Of a stretch of DNA of 64,000 nucleotides, positions 1 through 11,198 are shown one piece after another (position 1 is the first letter of the stretch; the number at the start of each line of letters is the position of its first letter). Under the pieces are notes generated by a model that did not search any database, was not told where the DNA came from, and worked only from the letters and a program-made list of their open reading frames with translations. The stretch comes from a virus. The stretch spans positions 32,001-96,000 of IMG/VR virus record IMGVR_UViG_3300046779_001412, one strand, 5' to 3'. The translations under genes were made by a program, and so were the position numbers.

Positions 1-2
1 AA

Positions 3-3000
3 TTTTTGTATTGGAGTGGTCAGGGCTGGGGACCAGGTAGCGTGATTAATCTTAACCCTGCCAACACCTCTTTAATGGTTAGTCGTCTAGGGGCTGTGGT
101 AGACAGCGTGATTGAAAGAGATACCACGACCAGTATTCAAGATCAAAACAAACGCAAAATTCTAGTTAATGATTTGATAATTGAGCGTATTGATAATGAA
201 TTTAAAATGACTTCATTAACCGAACAAACGTTGAACTTTGCCAATCTTAATTTTACTGCGTATGAACACATTATGGTGCTGAAAAACATCAGTGTGTTTG
301 GTGATTTAATTTATGATCCCGTCACTGCCGCTCGTCAAGGACGCATTCAATTAATAGCTGCAACTAGCACTGATTGGAACGGGCAGCTTGATGCTCAAGG
401 TTTTATTTTAAATCAAGATAATATAGTAGATTGGCAGGCCAATGTTACATATACCAAGGGCCAGATCGTCAAGTTTAAAAATCAATACTACAGTGCCTTG
501 ACTATAGTGCAACCTAAGCAAGAATTTGATTATGTTGACTGGACGCTGAGTGATTACAATAAGGTACAAAAAGGCCTGTTGCCTAATCTAGCCAACAAAG
601 CTGATCTCATTCAACAGACCTATAACACTGTAGGGGCCAATCTAGAACGAGATCAAGATCTCTTGGCTTATGGCTTAATTGGTTTTAGACCAAGAGAGTA
701 CATGGCCAATCTTAATCTTGGTGATGTGAGTCAGGTAAACGTTTACAAACAGTTCTTAGGCAGTAAAGGAACTAAGTTTAGTGTGGATCTTTTTGGCAAT
801 GCTAGTTTTGATAAAGAAGTGGCTGACTACAAGATCTATGAAAATTGGGCAGTACTTAAAGGACTCTATGGTGCGCAGGCAAACCGTAGATTCTTTGACA
901 TACGATTAAATCAAGCACAGTTGACTTCTAATCCCAGCACGGTTGAGATCATAACACCGTTTGAACAATCAAATGCTGATCAGACCATTCAGGTACAGGA
1001 TCTATGGCGGTCAAGTTGGAATGTAACCAGCCCGGACATACTGCCATCAGCAGCAGCAGCGCGGAATGATCTAAACTTGCCTACTTCTGGGTATGTAAAT
1101 CTGTCAGATGTTGACATCACAGAATTTGATATTGATAATTCTACTAACCTCAATGCCAATATTGACACCATAGGTGTTGGCACCACTGTGTGGATTGCCA
1201 AGATCAATAGTCATGACTGGAATGTATACCGTTGCAGCCCAGTGCCAGGCAAGATCAACAGCATCACCGAAAACTACAACGGCACCTGTGTGGTTGAATT
1301 CAGCCAACAACATGGACTTGATCTAAGTGACGTGGTGGTAATAAAATCATTCTCAGTCGAAGTCAACGGAGCCTATCGTGTATTAGAAGTTCCTTCTTTG
1401 ACGTCTATTGTGATTAGGTTTACCTTGCTCACAGATCAAGTTCAATTGCTAGGGCAAGGCACATGCTTGGTACTAGACACAGTTCGAGTCGCACAGCCTA
1501 GCGACATCGCTGATCTATCATACATTAATTCAGTTACCACTAACAGCTTGGTCTGGGTGGATAACGACGGTGCCGATCAATGGGAAGTTTTACAAAGAAC
1601 CGAACCGTTTGATTTTAATCAAAGACTAGAACCCTTGCGTTCGGTAAACGCATACTGGGCATCAGCAGTAGCACAGTTGGCCAATAATACCTTGATGCTG
1701 GCTTCAGCACCTGGATCAAGCACAGGCATAGTGTATCAATACGGAGTAAATCCGGCAGGCAGTTTGATTGATGGTGGTAGTTTAAGTTTAAATGCCTCCC
1801 AAGTTAGTAATTTTGGTGCTTGCTTGACCGTGGGTGATAATCTGTATGGTGCAGCTGGTGCGCCAAACAGTTTTAATGATGTTGGCTATGCTGCGGTATT
1901 AGCCTATGTGGGAGATTTAGAATCCTTTACTGTAAGTCAATTGCTGTTGGCTATAGACCAACCTGGTCCTAGCAAATTTGGCTCTAGCATGGTCATGAGC
2001 CAAGACGAACGTTGGCTGTATATAGGAGCGCCTGCGCACAACCGCGTGTATGCATACGGACAAGTCCCTGTGCCCACACAGAAAAACACCTACCCAACTG
2101 ATGGACAAACTCGTAGATATTCAACTGCACGTATTCAAATTGACAATCCACAGCAGTTATTGGTTACGGTCAGTGGTCTACCACAAAGACTCAATATTGA
2201 TTACACAGTTGGCAGTGGATTCATTGATTTTGTTGCAACGCCCAGCAAAGGACTAACAGTTGAAATCAGTCGTAGACAATCAACGCAACTTGACTTTTAT
2301 GAATACTACAATATTCTGCCAGCCACTACCACAGGTATTGGCATAGGAGCTGCATTTGACATTGATGTGGTTCGTACTCAATATTCAGCTGTGTTATCTA
2401 CCACAGGGTCAAATTACAGCGTTGGCGAAATACTAACAATTAAAGGCACGCAGATTGGCGGTTCAAGCCCTGCTGAAGACTGTGTAATCACAATCACAGA
2501 TGTAACATTTGCTGGTGCAATTGTTGATTTTACAATTAGCGGTCAGAGGTTAAACATCGTTGATCGTTTTCCTGTGCAAGAGAGTTTGTTCACTGCCACT
2601 AACATTAATTCAGTCACAGTCACAGTGAACAACGTGATTCAACGTCCCAAGATTGATTATGAATGGCTTAAGAGTGACAGTTCGTTGCCTGACAGCACAC
2701 TCAACGATTATGACATTGTGTTTGTTAATTCGCCTGCGGTGGGTGCGACCATAATGTGTTATGCCTCTACATATTATGCCTACAGTGATGTAATCACTGT
2801 AAGTGGGCTAGAATCAGACGCAGGATTTGGTTCATCAGTGTCAACTAATCGCAACGGTAGTCAACTTATTGTTGGATGCCCTAAAGAAAATGTAAACAGC
2901 ACCTTTAGATCAGGAGCAGCGTATCTATTCAACCGTGATATTGAACGTTTTATTATCACAGTAGCATCTGACAGTCCAACTACTATAAACATACCAGCTA

Positions 3001-6000
3001 CCCTAAGAGCTCCAACAGCGGTAAAAGTCAACAACCAGTTCTTGAACAACACTGCTCAGTATGGTACATTTGATTCCAACACTTTCACCGTGAACTATTC
3101 TGTCAGTCCAGAAAATGCAGTGAGTGTGACTATTAATCAACCATTAGCCATTGGTGATGTGCTTGACATTGAATCTAATGTGTTTAAACCAGTACAAAAA
3201 ATTGTCAGTGACACTGTGCAAGAACGTGCAGAATTTGGTCACGCTGTGCAGTTTACCTTGGATGACAGTGAAATAGCAGTGGGCACTCCTTATGACAGTG
3301 AATTCATTCCACAAGCAGGTTCAGTAAAAATGTTTGTGAATCAAGCAGCAAGTTATGGCACTATTACCAGCACCAATACTTCACCAACACTGACTGCAGG
3401 GCACACTATACAAATTAATAATCAAGAAATTGCTGTACCAGCAGCGCCCAATAACACAGTTGCAGGATTGGCCGCATATATCAACAACAGTTTTATTCCA
3501 AACGTTAGAGCTGTAGCCAACAACAGTGGCACTTTGACTATTGCAGTATTAAACAAAGACAGTACTCAACCCTATAATAGATTATTGGTTATGCCTGGCT
3601 CAACCGGAACTACATTTACTGATCTTGGGTTTAACACTCTTGAATATGTACAGACTCTCATCAGTCCTTACGCCACCGACGGAGCAAATTTTGGGTTCAC
3701 GTTAGCATCTTACAGTCAAGATCTAATGATAGGAGCACCAGGTGGAACACCACACATTGCTGTGACCTTTGACGGTGGGACAACTTTCTTTGATGCTGGT
3801 AGCACTACGTTCTATACTGACTTAACACAAACTGGTGTGGTATATGAATTTGATTATTTGCCGGCTGCAAATGAAAGTCTAATGAATCCAGGTAAGTTTG
3901 GATTTGGTGAGCAAATTTACTCATCAGACAGTGTGCAAAATGAAAATTTTGGTGCAAGTATTAGCCAAGCCTGGGCCTATACTCTAGTGGGATCACCCCA
4001 GGCCTTGGTAAGCACTTCCAACAATAATGGTGCAATGTCAGTGTTTATAAACGCAGATCGCACTCCAAGTTGGATTCCAAAACGTTACCAAGTGCCCGCT
4101 GTAGACATCTATAGTTTGAACAATGCGTTGTTGTATGATCGTTTACAGAGTCCTAAGACTTTATTCCTTGACTTCTTTAATCCTACTCAAGGCAAGATTC
4201 TTAGCGCAGCACGTCAAAACATAGATTTTGTAACCACATTAGATCCTGCATTTTACAACAGTGGATTAACCAGTGTGCAAGGCAACAGCTGGGGCCGTGA
4301 GCATCTAGGGCAGATCTGGTGGGATACTAGCTCTGTACGCTATCTTGATGTTGATCAAGATGATCTTGTTTATGCTAGCCGTAGATGGGGGCAGGTGTTT
4401 CCTGGCAGTGTTGTGGATATCTATCAGTGGGTTGAAAGCTCGGTGCCTCCTGCCAACTACACAGGTCCAGGAATACCATTGAATATTGTTGACTACACAG
4501 TGTTGACCAATCTAAGTGAAAACAATGTGTTTGTTTCTAACTTTTATTTCTGGGTACGAAATCTAGACACAGTGGCCTCTGATATAGGCAAGACTCTGAG
4601 CACTAGAGTATTAAGTCAGTATCTTGAAAATCCAATAGCAAGCGGTATACCTTTCCTGGCACCTTTAAATTCTAGTACATTGGCCTTTTACAACTGCCGT
4701 GACTACATCAGGGCCTATGATACTATTTGTCATATTGATTTTGATCAAACTCCCAACGACGCTAACATTCACAGTGAATTTCAACTGTTGGCTGAAAACA
4801 AAGACACAGCATTTCTAACTCCACAGCTCTATCGCAAACTGCAAGACAGTTTTGCAGGTGAAGATCAATCTGGCCTTACTGTTCCTGATCCTAGTCTGAC
4901 TGTAGCCGAACGCTATGGTGTCCAGTTTAGACCACGTCAAAGCATGTTTGTGGACAGATTTACTGCATTAGAAAACTATATCAACAGAACCAATGAGATT
5001 CTAAGTCTATATCCCATTGCCGAAAGCCGTGTGCTGTCGCTGTTAAACAGTCAAGAACCAGTACCATTGCCGCAAACCACAGTGGGTAATATTCTACAAA
5101 CCAATTGGAATCAGGAAGTCGCCAATCTAGAAGAACTTAGCTGGCAGAATATACTGATTGTGCCTGTGGGTTACAAATATTTGGTTCTCAGTGATAGTTC
5201 TAACAGCGGTCGTTGGACCATATATGAAACAGTGGTCAATCGAGGTGTATACAGTCTGCGTTTGGTGCGTGTTCAAAACTACCGCACCAATGAGTTTTGG
5301 CAGTATGTAAACTGGTATCAACCAGGATTCAATCAGGATACCACACCCAACATAGAAGTACCGAGCTATGCTGCGCTGATAGCACAACAGGCCACGGTTG
5401 GTACTGTGGCACTAGTCACTGCCAATAGTCAAGGTAAGTTTGAAATTTATCAATTGTCAGATAGTGGATGGAATCGTGTGGCTCTGCAAGATGGCACTAT
5501 ACAGATACTTGATACAATCTATGACTATGCTCTAGGAAGATTGGGGTTTGATGGTGAAGTATTTGATGCACAGTATTTTGATCAAGCACCGCAAATTGAA
5601 ACACGCAAGATTGTGCAGAGTATCAACCAAGAACTGTTTATTGATGAACTTTTAATTGAACGCAACAAGCTGTTGATACTAATGTTCAACTATATCTTCA
5701 CTGAACAACTGTCACCAGACTGGCTATTGAAAACCAGTCTAATTGATGTGCAGCATAACATTCGTGAGCTGCTGCCATATCAAACGTATCGCAGAGACAA
5801 TCAAGATTTTGTCTTGAACTATCTCAACGAAGTCAAACCATATCACGTGCAGATTAGAGAATTTAATTTGAAATACGCAGGACAAGATTTATTCAACGGT
5901 GATATTGCAGACTTTGATATACCAGCATATTTCAACACTGACTATAATGCCTACATCAGTCCCATTCTGTCTGAAACAGGTACCGAACCTAGCGATGCTG

Positions 6001-8966
6001 CATCAAACAACATTATTTGGCAGACTCAGCCTTATGATCAATGGTTCAATAACTACAAACTTGAACTTGAATCACTGATACTAATAAGCGGTGGATCGGG
6101 TTATACCACAGCGCCCACAGTGACCATAACCGGCATAGCCATACGAAATGCCACTGCCACAGCGGTCATTAACAGTGCAGGGCAGGTCAATGCATTGGTA
6201 ATCGCAGACCCAGGCGAAGGTTATCTCACAACGCCTGTGGTAACTATCACAGGTGGTAATGGCACCGGAGCCAAGGCCATTGCATTGTTAAACAATGGGC
6301 TAGTACGCAGTATCAAGACTACCATCAAGTACGACCGTTATCAATACAAAACAGACATACTTGAATGGCAACCAAATATCACGTTTGACAACGGGCAATT
6401 GGTACGCTATGCTGACAAAATCTGGGAGGCTGATAGCCCAGACAGCACAGGTGTAAACACCCCGGAATTCATTCCTGAAGACTGGATTCTAGTACCAGTT
6501 GATGAGCTCAGCGGTGTAGACCGTACCATGGGCTATTACGTTGCCCTAGCAGATCAACCCGGAAGAGAACTTCCTCTGTTGATATCTGGAGTAGATTATC
6601 CAGGTGTGCAGGTAAAAGGGCTGTCATTTGACCAGGATACTGGATATGCTCGTGGCCCATTTGATATGACACCTTGGGATAATCTGGGTTTCAGCGAAAG
6701 CGGCCGCCCAACATACAGCGATGTAATAATCGATAGTATCTATCAGAGCGAATTTATTGATCAATATCTTGGCACCGGTGTTAATGATGTAATTGTGGAT
6801 GGCGGTGAGTTTATTGATCCTTACTCAAGTCATGCACCTGAAGAACTTGTGCCTGGTAGTGAATTTGATACCTTGGATTTTAAAGTTTTTGTTAGACCAG
6901 GAAGCGATTGGAATGGCACTGGACACGGGTTTGACATACTTACACTGAGATCAACGTTCTCAAGCTCCGACCCAGAAATAGATTGGTCATTGATAGCATT
7001 GTATCAAAATGATGAAATTTACCCAGCTGCTATTAGAGTAAGCAATGCAGGTCCCAATGGCAACCCATTACAGGCCAGCGATCTTGATCCCAGTCAGTAT
7101 AGTGTTGACTGGGTAAATCAAACCATAACAATTACAAGCGGTGCCGCAGATAATGATACCATGGTTGTCACTGTGTACGAAGTTGGTGGCGGTAATCAAT
7201 TGCTACGTGCCAATTATAATGGCGCAGACATAGGCACACATCTTGACATTGATGTAAAGTATAGCGAAATAAATGAACTGGTCATATTTGTAAATGGTCA
7301 ACGACTGCTTGCAAATATTGATTATACCTATGCTGCACTTGCAGTTGGTCGCACACGCATTACATTCACAGTGATATTAACCAGTCTTGATGCAGTTAAC
7401 CTCACAGTCATGGGTTTGCAAACACCGCAATACTCATGGAGTTTACCCACTGTACAAGTCTTTAATATCACTGAAACAGCTCCGCTTTCTACTGCGCAAC
7501 TGACCTATACTCTAACCAACAGTCTGCAGGGGTCAAACCCTGACAACGCTTATGTTACTGTAAACGGCTTCCGTGCTAGACCGCCGCAAGGTATAGAATG
7601 GTATGGAGACGGCAGCAGTGCTGAATTCCTGTTTCCTGAACGCGGTGGCTACAGCCAGGGCCTTGTAGCTGACAACGAAGTTGATGTTTATGTAAATGAT
7701 GTACCACAGACTCTAGGCAGCGACTTCACAGTTGTGCCCTGGGACGGATTTAGCCGACGCTCAATTATACTATCTTACGTGCCTAATATTGGTGACAGAA
7801 TTCTTATCTGCATCAACTCACGCTCAGATTACATAATCTCTGGCAATCAGATCACATTTAGACCCAGTGGCAGCTTTGGTGTGTTCCCAGGAGACACTGT
7901 GGCTGTGACCACATACAACGACACCAGTCAGCAGCAAATTGTGCAAATTGTGTGGGTTGGCCCGATCACAGTGGGTGCTACTGCCGTTGAAGGCTTTGAC
8001 CTGTTGCCATTTGATAACGGTACTGTTTCTGATGAATCCGGTAGTTTTGACTTTAGCGAAGGTATAACTGTAACTCAAAACGATTTTGACCTACGTAGGC
8101 CTTCGCAGTTGGCTGAAAGAATGATTGTAAGCTTGAATGGTAGACTATTATTTCCAGGATTGGACTACACAGTTGTAGTGGATGATGAATTTGGTGATGT
8201 CACATCATACCTTGAGCTGTTGTCAGGGCCAATAACAGCCACAGACGTTGTAGTGGCCACACTGTTTACCAATCAGATCGTGCCCAACGCCATGGCGTTC
8301 CGTATATTCCAAGACATGCGGGGAGTAGCACTGACCTATCGAATTACCGAGCAATCAACCACAGTGCTCACTCAGGCACTTGGAATTAATGATGACATAA
8401 TCTACGTTGAAAATGCCTTGGCATGTGGAGCGCCAGATATTACCAGTAACTACCTTGGCGTGGTAATAATCAATGGCGAACGTATTACATTTAGATCAAG
8501 AGATCTTGTTAACAACACATTAAGTGGACTCATGCGAGGTACAGCTGGTACTGCAATTGCAACTCATGAAGTGAACACACCAGTATACAACATGGGCAGA
8601 GAAAATCTACTATCTGGCGGAGGATATCAGGATCATGTGGATCAAACCACAATATTGTCAAATGGCAGTCAAACTGTGTTCACTGCATCTAATATTAATC
8701 TATTGGGAGTTGACAGCACAGAATGGCTGGAGGCCTTGATTGTCAGCGTGGGTGGTATCATACAACCGTACACTGCCTATGAATTTCTAGGCGCTAACCC
8801 GGCTAGCATACGCTTTTATGAAGCTCCGCCTGCTGGTAGACAGGTCACTCTAGCTGTAAAACGTGCCCAAAGTTGGTATGAGCCAGGCGCATCAACGCCT
8901 AGCAATGGTTTACCATTGCAGTTGCAGACCACTGCGGCTGCTAAATTTTTAAGAAATGCAGATTAA
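3..8966 (+). CDS. Very large virion structural protein (baseplate wedge/tail-associated); 5' end lies outside the window
   Basis: Open frame from the window edge. FG-GAP-like repeats (FGSSMVMSQDERWLYIGAP, FGSSVSTNRNGSQLIVGCP, FGASISQAWAYTLVGSP), GGSGYTTAPTVTI repeats and VNG..Q..G.DYTV Ig-like repeats; followed by tail genes. Confidence 0.75.
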   Translation, partial: FLYWSGQGWGPGSVINLNPANTSLMVSRLGAVVDSVIERDTTTSIQDQNKRKILVNDLIIERIDNEFKMTSLTEQTLNFANLNFTAYEHIMVLKNISVFGDLIYDPVTAARQGRIQLIAATSTDWNGQLDAQGFILNQDNIVDWQANVTYTKGQIVKFKNQYYSALTIVQPKQEFDYVDWTLSDYNKVQKGLLPNLANKADLIQQTYNTVGANLERDQDLLAYGLIGFRPREYMANLNLGDVSQVNVYKQFLGSKGTKFSVDLFGNASFDKEVADYKIYENWAVLKGLYGAQANRRFFDIRLNQAQLTSNPSTVEIITPFEQSNADQTIQVQDLWRSSWNVTSPDILPSAAAARNDLNLPTSGYVNLSDVDITEFDIDNSTNLNANIDTIGVGTTVWIAKINSHDWNVYRCSPVPGKINSITENYNGTCVVEFSQQHGLDLSDVVVIKSFSVEVNGAYRVLEVPSLTSIVIRFTLLTDQVQLLGQGTCLVLDTVRVAQPSDIADLSYINSVTTNSLVWVDNDGADQWEVLQRTEPFDFNQRLEPLRSVNAYWASAVAQLANNTLMLASAPGSSTGIVYQYGVNPAGSLIDGGSLSLNASQVSNFGACLTVGDNLYGAAGAPNSFNDVGYAAVLAYVGDLESFTVSQLLLAIDQPGPSKFGSSMVMSQDERWLYIGAPAHNRVYAYGQVPVPTQKNTYPTDGQTRRYSTARIQIDNPQQLLVTVSGLPQRLNIDYTVGSGFIDFVATPSKGLTVEISRRQSTQLDFYEYYNILPATTTGIGIGAAFDIDVVRTQYSAVLSTTGSNYSVGEILTIKGTQIGGSSPAEDCVITITDVTFAGAIVDFTISGQRLNIVDRFPVQESLFTATNINSVTVTVNNVIQRPKIDYEWLKSDSSLPDSTLNDYDIVFVNSPAVGATIMCYASTYYAYSDVITVSGLESDAGFGSSVSTNRNGSQLIVGCPKENVNSTFRSGAAYLFNRDIERFIITVASDSPTTINIPATLRAPTAVKVNNQFLNNTAQYGTFDSNTFTVNYSVSPENAVSVTINQPLAIGDVLDIESNVFKPVQKIVSDTVQERAEFGHAVQFTLDDSEIAVGTPYDSEFIPQAGSVKMFVNQAASYGTITSTNTSPTLTAGHTIQINNQEIAVPAAPNNTVAGLAAYINNSFIPNVRAVANNSGTLTIAVLNKDSTQPYNRLLVMPGSTGTTFTDLGFNTLEYVQTLISPYATDGANFGFTLASYSQDLMIGAPGGTPHIAVTFDGGTTFFDAGSTTFYTDLTQTGVVYEFDYLPAANESLMNPGKFGFGEQIYSSDSVQNENFGASISQAWAYTLVGSPQALVSTSNNNGAMSVFINADRTPSWIPKRYQVPAVDIYSLNNALLYDRLQSPKTLFLDFFNPTQGKILSAARQNIDFVTTLDPAFYNSGLTSVQGNSWGREHLGQIWWDTSSVRYLDVDQDDLVYASRRWGQVFPGSVVDIYQWVESSVPPANYTGPGIPLNIVDYTVLTNLSENNVFVSNFYFWVRNLDTVASDIGKTLSTRVLSQYLENPIASGIPFLAPLNSSTLAFYNCRDYIRAYDTICHIDFDQTPNDANIHSEFQLLAENKDTAFLTPQLYRKLQDSFAGEDQSGLTVPDPSLTVAERYGVQFRPRQSMFVDRFTALENYINRTNEILSLYPIAESRVLSLLNSQEPVPLPQTTVGNILQTNWNQEVANLEELSWQNILIVPVGYKYLVLSDSSNSGRWTIYETVVNRGVYSLRLVRVQNYRTNEFWQYVNWYQPGFNQDTTPNIEVPSYAALIAQQATVGTVALVTANSQGKFEIYQLSDSGWNRVALQDGTIQILDTIYDYALGRLGFDGEVFDAQYFDQAPQIETRKIVQSINQELFIDELLIERNKLLILMFNYIFTEQLSPDWLLKTSLIDVQHNIRELLPYQTYRRDNQDFVLNYLNEVKPYHVQIREFNLKYAGQDLFNGDIADFDIPAYFNTDYNAYISPILSETGTEPSDAASNNIIWQTQPYDQWFNNYKLELESLILISGGSGYTTAPTVTITGIAIRNATATAVINSAGQVNALVIADPGEGYLTTPVVTITGGNGTGAKAIALLNNGLVRSIKTTIKYDRYQYKTDILEWQPNITFDNGQLVRYADKIWEADSPDSTGVNTPEFIPEDWILVPVDELSGVDRTMGYYVALADQPGRELPLLISGVDYPGVQVKGLSFDQDTGYARGPFDMTPWDNLGFSESGRPTYSDVIIDSIYQSEFIDQYLGTGVNDVIVDGGEFIDPYSSHAPEELVPGSEFDTLDFKVFVRPGSDWNGTGHGFDILTLRSTFSSSDPEIDWSLIALYQNDEIYPAAIRVSNAGPNGNPLQASDLDPSQYSVDWVNQTITITSGAADNDTMVVTVYEVGGGNQLLRANYNGADIGTHLDIDVKYSEINELVIFVNGQRLLANIDYTYAALAVGRTRITFTVILTSLDAVNLTVMGLQTPQYSWSLPTVQVFNITETAPLSTAQLTYTLTNSLQGSNPDNAYVTVNGFRARPPQGIEWYGDGSSAEFLFPERGGYSQGLVADNEVDVYVNDVPQTLGSDFTVVPWDGFSRRSIILSYVPNIGDRILICINSRSDYIISGNQITFRPSGSFGVFPGDTVAVTTYNDTSQQQIVQIVWVGPITVGATAVEGFDLLPFDNGTVSDESGSFDFSEGITVTQNDFDLRRPSQLAERMIVSLNGRLLFPGLDYTVVVDDEFGDVTSYLELLSGPITATDVVVATLFTNQIVPNAMAFRIFQDMRGVALTYRITEQSTTVLTQALGINDDIIYVENALACGAPDITSNYLGVVIINGERITFRSRDLVNNTLSGLMRGTAGTAIATHEVNTPVYNMGRENLLSGGGYQDHVDQTTILSNGSQTVFTASNINLLGVDSTEWLEALIVSVGGIIQPYTAYEFLGANPASIRFYEAPPAGRQVTLAVKRAQSWYEPGASTPSNGLPLQLQTTAAAKFLRNAD

Positions 8967-9004
8967 GGTTTACCCCTGATATATGCGCAACTAAATATAA
9001 GATC

Positions 9005-9154
9005 ATGGAACAACAGACTAATAACAACGTGCCTGACACTGATCTCCAGGAGATTACAAAAAAGCCCAATGACAGTGGAACTGTACATGTGGATGCGTTT
9101 GTGCGGATACATGATCCAAACACCAAACAGGTATATCACGAGGGTAGAGCATGA
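9005..9154 (+). CDS. 49-aa protein (not in ORF track)
   Basis: MEQQTNNNVPDTDLQEITKKPNDSGTVHVDAFVRIHDPNTKQVYHEGRA*. TAAATA 7 nt upstream; ATGA overlap with the next gene. Confidence 0.7.
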   Translation: MEQQTNNNVPDTDLQEITKKPNDSGTVHVDAFVRIHDPNTKQVYHEGRA

Positions 9155-9756
9155 ACAGTGCACAGTACAAAATTGATGGTTTTCTAAAGATTTTTGATCC
9201 CCATACTCAAGAAGTATTTTTGGATAAGCATAATGCTATTCATTACGAAAACATTTCTGTGGGCATGGCGCAGACTCTTGCGGACAGAAACACTGGTTAT
9301 ATCTATCAAATGGCATTTGGCAATGGTGGTAGTTCAGTTGATCCTACTGGTGTGATTACCTATCTCCCACCAAACACCGTGGGGCAAAACGCCAGCTTGT
9401 ATAACCAAACGTACCAAAAAATTGTGGATGATGCTAGTGCTGACAACACTGATCCTGTGAACAATCGCATGACGGTGTTGCATACGCCTGGTAAATTTTA
9501 TACAGATATTTTGGTCACATGCTTGTTAGACTATGGTGAACCCGCTGGACAGCAGGCATTTGACAACTCCACTAATTTCAGTGGAGAATTCGTGTTTGAT
9601 GAATTAGGACTGAAAACATGGAATGGTAGTGCTACAGACCTGCGTTTGATTACGCATGTGATATTCCATCCCGTACAGAAAAGTTTAAATCGTCAGATAC
9701 AAATTGATTACACGCTGAGGATACAGACTCTAACAAACCTCAGTAGCAACGCATAA
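9151..9756 (+). CDS. Virion structural protein (baseplate/tail-fibre attachment-like)
   Basis: 201 aa with MAFGNGG and FDELGL...LITHVIFHPVQKSLNR..IDYTLRI motifs; lies between baseplate-like and fibre genes. Confidence 0.6.
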   Translation: MNSAQYKIDGFLKIFDPHTQEVFLDKHNAIHYENISVGMAQTLADRNTGYIYQMAFGNGGSSVDPTGVITYLPPNTVGQNASLYNQTYQKIVDDASADNTDPVNNRMTVLHTPGKFYTDILVTCLLDYGEPAGQQAFDNSTNFSGEFVFDELGLKTWNGSATDLRLITHVIFHPVQKSLNRQIQIDYTLRIQTLTNLSSNA

Positions 9757-9804
9757 ATAGTAGCAGATTATGTGTGCTAAATACTAAAAGGACAGTAGAC
9801 TAAC

Positions 9805-11187
9805 ATGGCTTATCAGATTAATCTAACCGACGGAACTCCATTTGCTACCATTGCAGATGGTACAATCAATACGTCAAGCAGCATGGTTTTGGTTGGAAAA
9901 AACTATGCAGGTTACGGCGAATTTCTAGATGGAAATTTTATCCATTTACTGGAAAATTCAGCTGCTATTACTCCACCCGGAAATCCGCTGACTGGTCAGC
10001 TCTGGTGGGACAAATCTAACAATTTGCTCAAGGTCTATAACGGTACCACGTTTAAAACTATTAGTGCTGCCACCGCGTCAACCACGCAGCCAGCTAGTAA
10101 TGTTACTGGTGACCTTTGGTATGACATTACCAATCAGCAGCTCAAAGTCTATAATGGCTCGGCATTTATTCTAGTTGGACCACAGAGCACAGGAGGTGGC
10201 GGAACCACTGGTGCTGTGCCAGCTACTATTACCGACACTCCTGGCGGTGTTGCTCACACTGTGGTTGAACTTGTTATCAGTGATGCTGTTGTTGGTATAG
10301 TAAGTGCAGATGCAGAATTTACGCCTGCTGGTGCAGGTATTCCTGGATTTACAACCGTCAAGCCTGGTTTGAATCTTGCAACCACAGTAAACGGACAGAC
10401 TCCGTTGTTCCAAGGCACGGCTGCTAATGCAGTGCTTTTGAACGGTGTTGCTAGTACAGGATTTATTAGAAACAGCGGCACAGGTCAAACCATGAGCACC
10501 ACTCTAGGTGTGCTTACAGATTCAGGCATGACCGTGGGCGCAGACAGCGACTTTAAGGTCAGCGTTAGTGGCACCACGGTGCAAGTAGACAATCAAACAC
10601 AGGATGGTAACATAGTGTTTAGAGTAAACGATGGCGGCGTAACCACCACGGTGCTCACACTTGATGGTGCTAATTCATCTGCGGTGTTTGCTGCATTTTC
10701 AACTGCTTCAATTACCAAATCTGGTAGCAACGCAGTGGGTAATATTGGATCATCTAGCAACTACTTTAACAGAGTATTTGCTACAGCTACCACAGCACTG
10801 TATGCTGACGTTGCAGAACGATTTGCCAGCGACACTTCTTATATGCCCGGCACGGTTGTTGAACTAGGCGGCACTGAAGAAATCACTCTAGCTAAAGATG
10901 AACTGTCAGAAAATGTGTTTGGTGTGATAAGTACCAATGCTGCGTTTTTAATGAATGGCGGCGCTGGTGAAGATGACACACATCCGCCGGTAGCAGTTAC
11001 AGGTCGAGTGCCAGTTCGCTGTGTTGGTACCATTAACAAAGGCGATCGCTTGGTATCAGCAGGCAATGGACTAGCTAGATCAGCTATGCCCGGTGAAGCC
11101 ACAGCATTCAACACTATTGGTCGAGCACTATCTAATAAACACTCCCAAGAAGAAGGCACTGTTGAAGCCATTGTAATGATCAAGTAA
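9805..11187 (+). CDS. Tail-fibre protein with C-terminal intramolecular-chaperone-like domain
   Basis: GQLWWDKSNNLLKVYNG repeats; Thr/Gly-rich shaft; C-terminal YADVAERF...GTVV...VAVTGRVPV..G.INKGD.LVS motif. Confidence 0.75.
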   Translation: MAYQINLTDGTPFATIADGTINTSSSMVLVGKNYAGYGEFLDGNFIHLLENSAAITPPGNPLTGQLWWDKSNNLLKVYNGTTFKTISAATASTTQPASNVTGDLWYDITNQQLKVYNGSAFILVGPQSTGGGGTTGAVPATITDTPGGVAHTVVELVISDAVVGIVSADAEFTPAGAGIPGFTTVKPGLNLATTVNGQTPLFQGTAANAVLLNGVASTGFIRNSGTGQTMSTTLGVLTDSGMTVGADSDFKVSVSGTTVQVDNQTQDGNIVFRVNDGGVTTTVLTLDGANSSAVFAAFSTASITKSGSNAVGNIGSSSNYFNRVFATATTALYADVAERFASDTSYMPGTVVELGGTEEITLAKDELSENVFGVISTNAAFLMNGGAGEDDTHPPVAVTGRVPVRCVGTINKGDRLVSAGNGLARSAMPGEATAFNTIGRALSNKHSQEEGTVEAIVMIK

Positions 11188-11198
11188 AGGAAACACAA

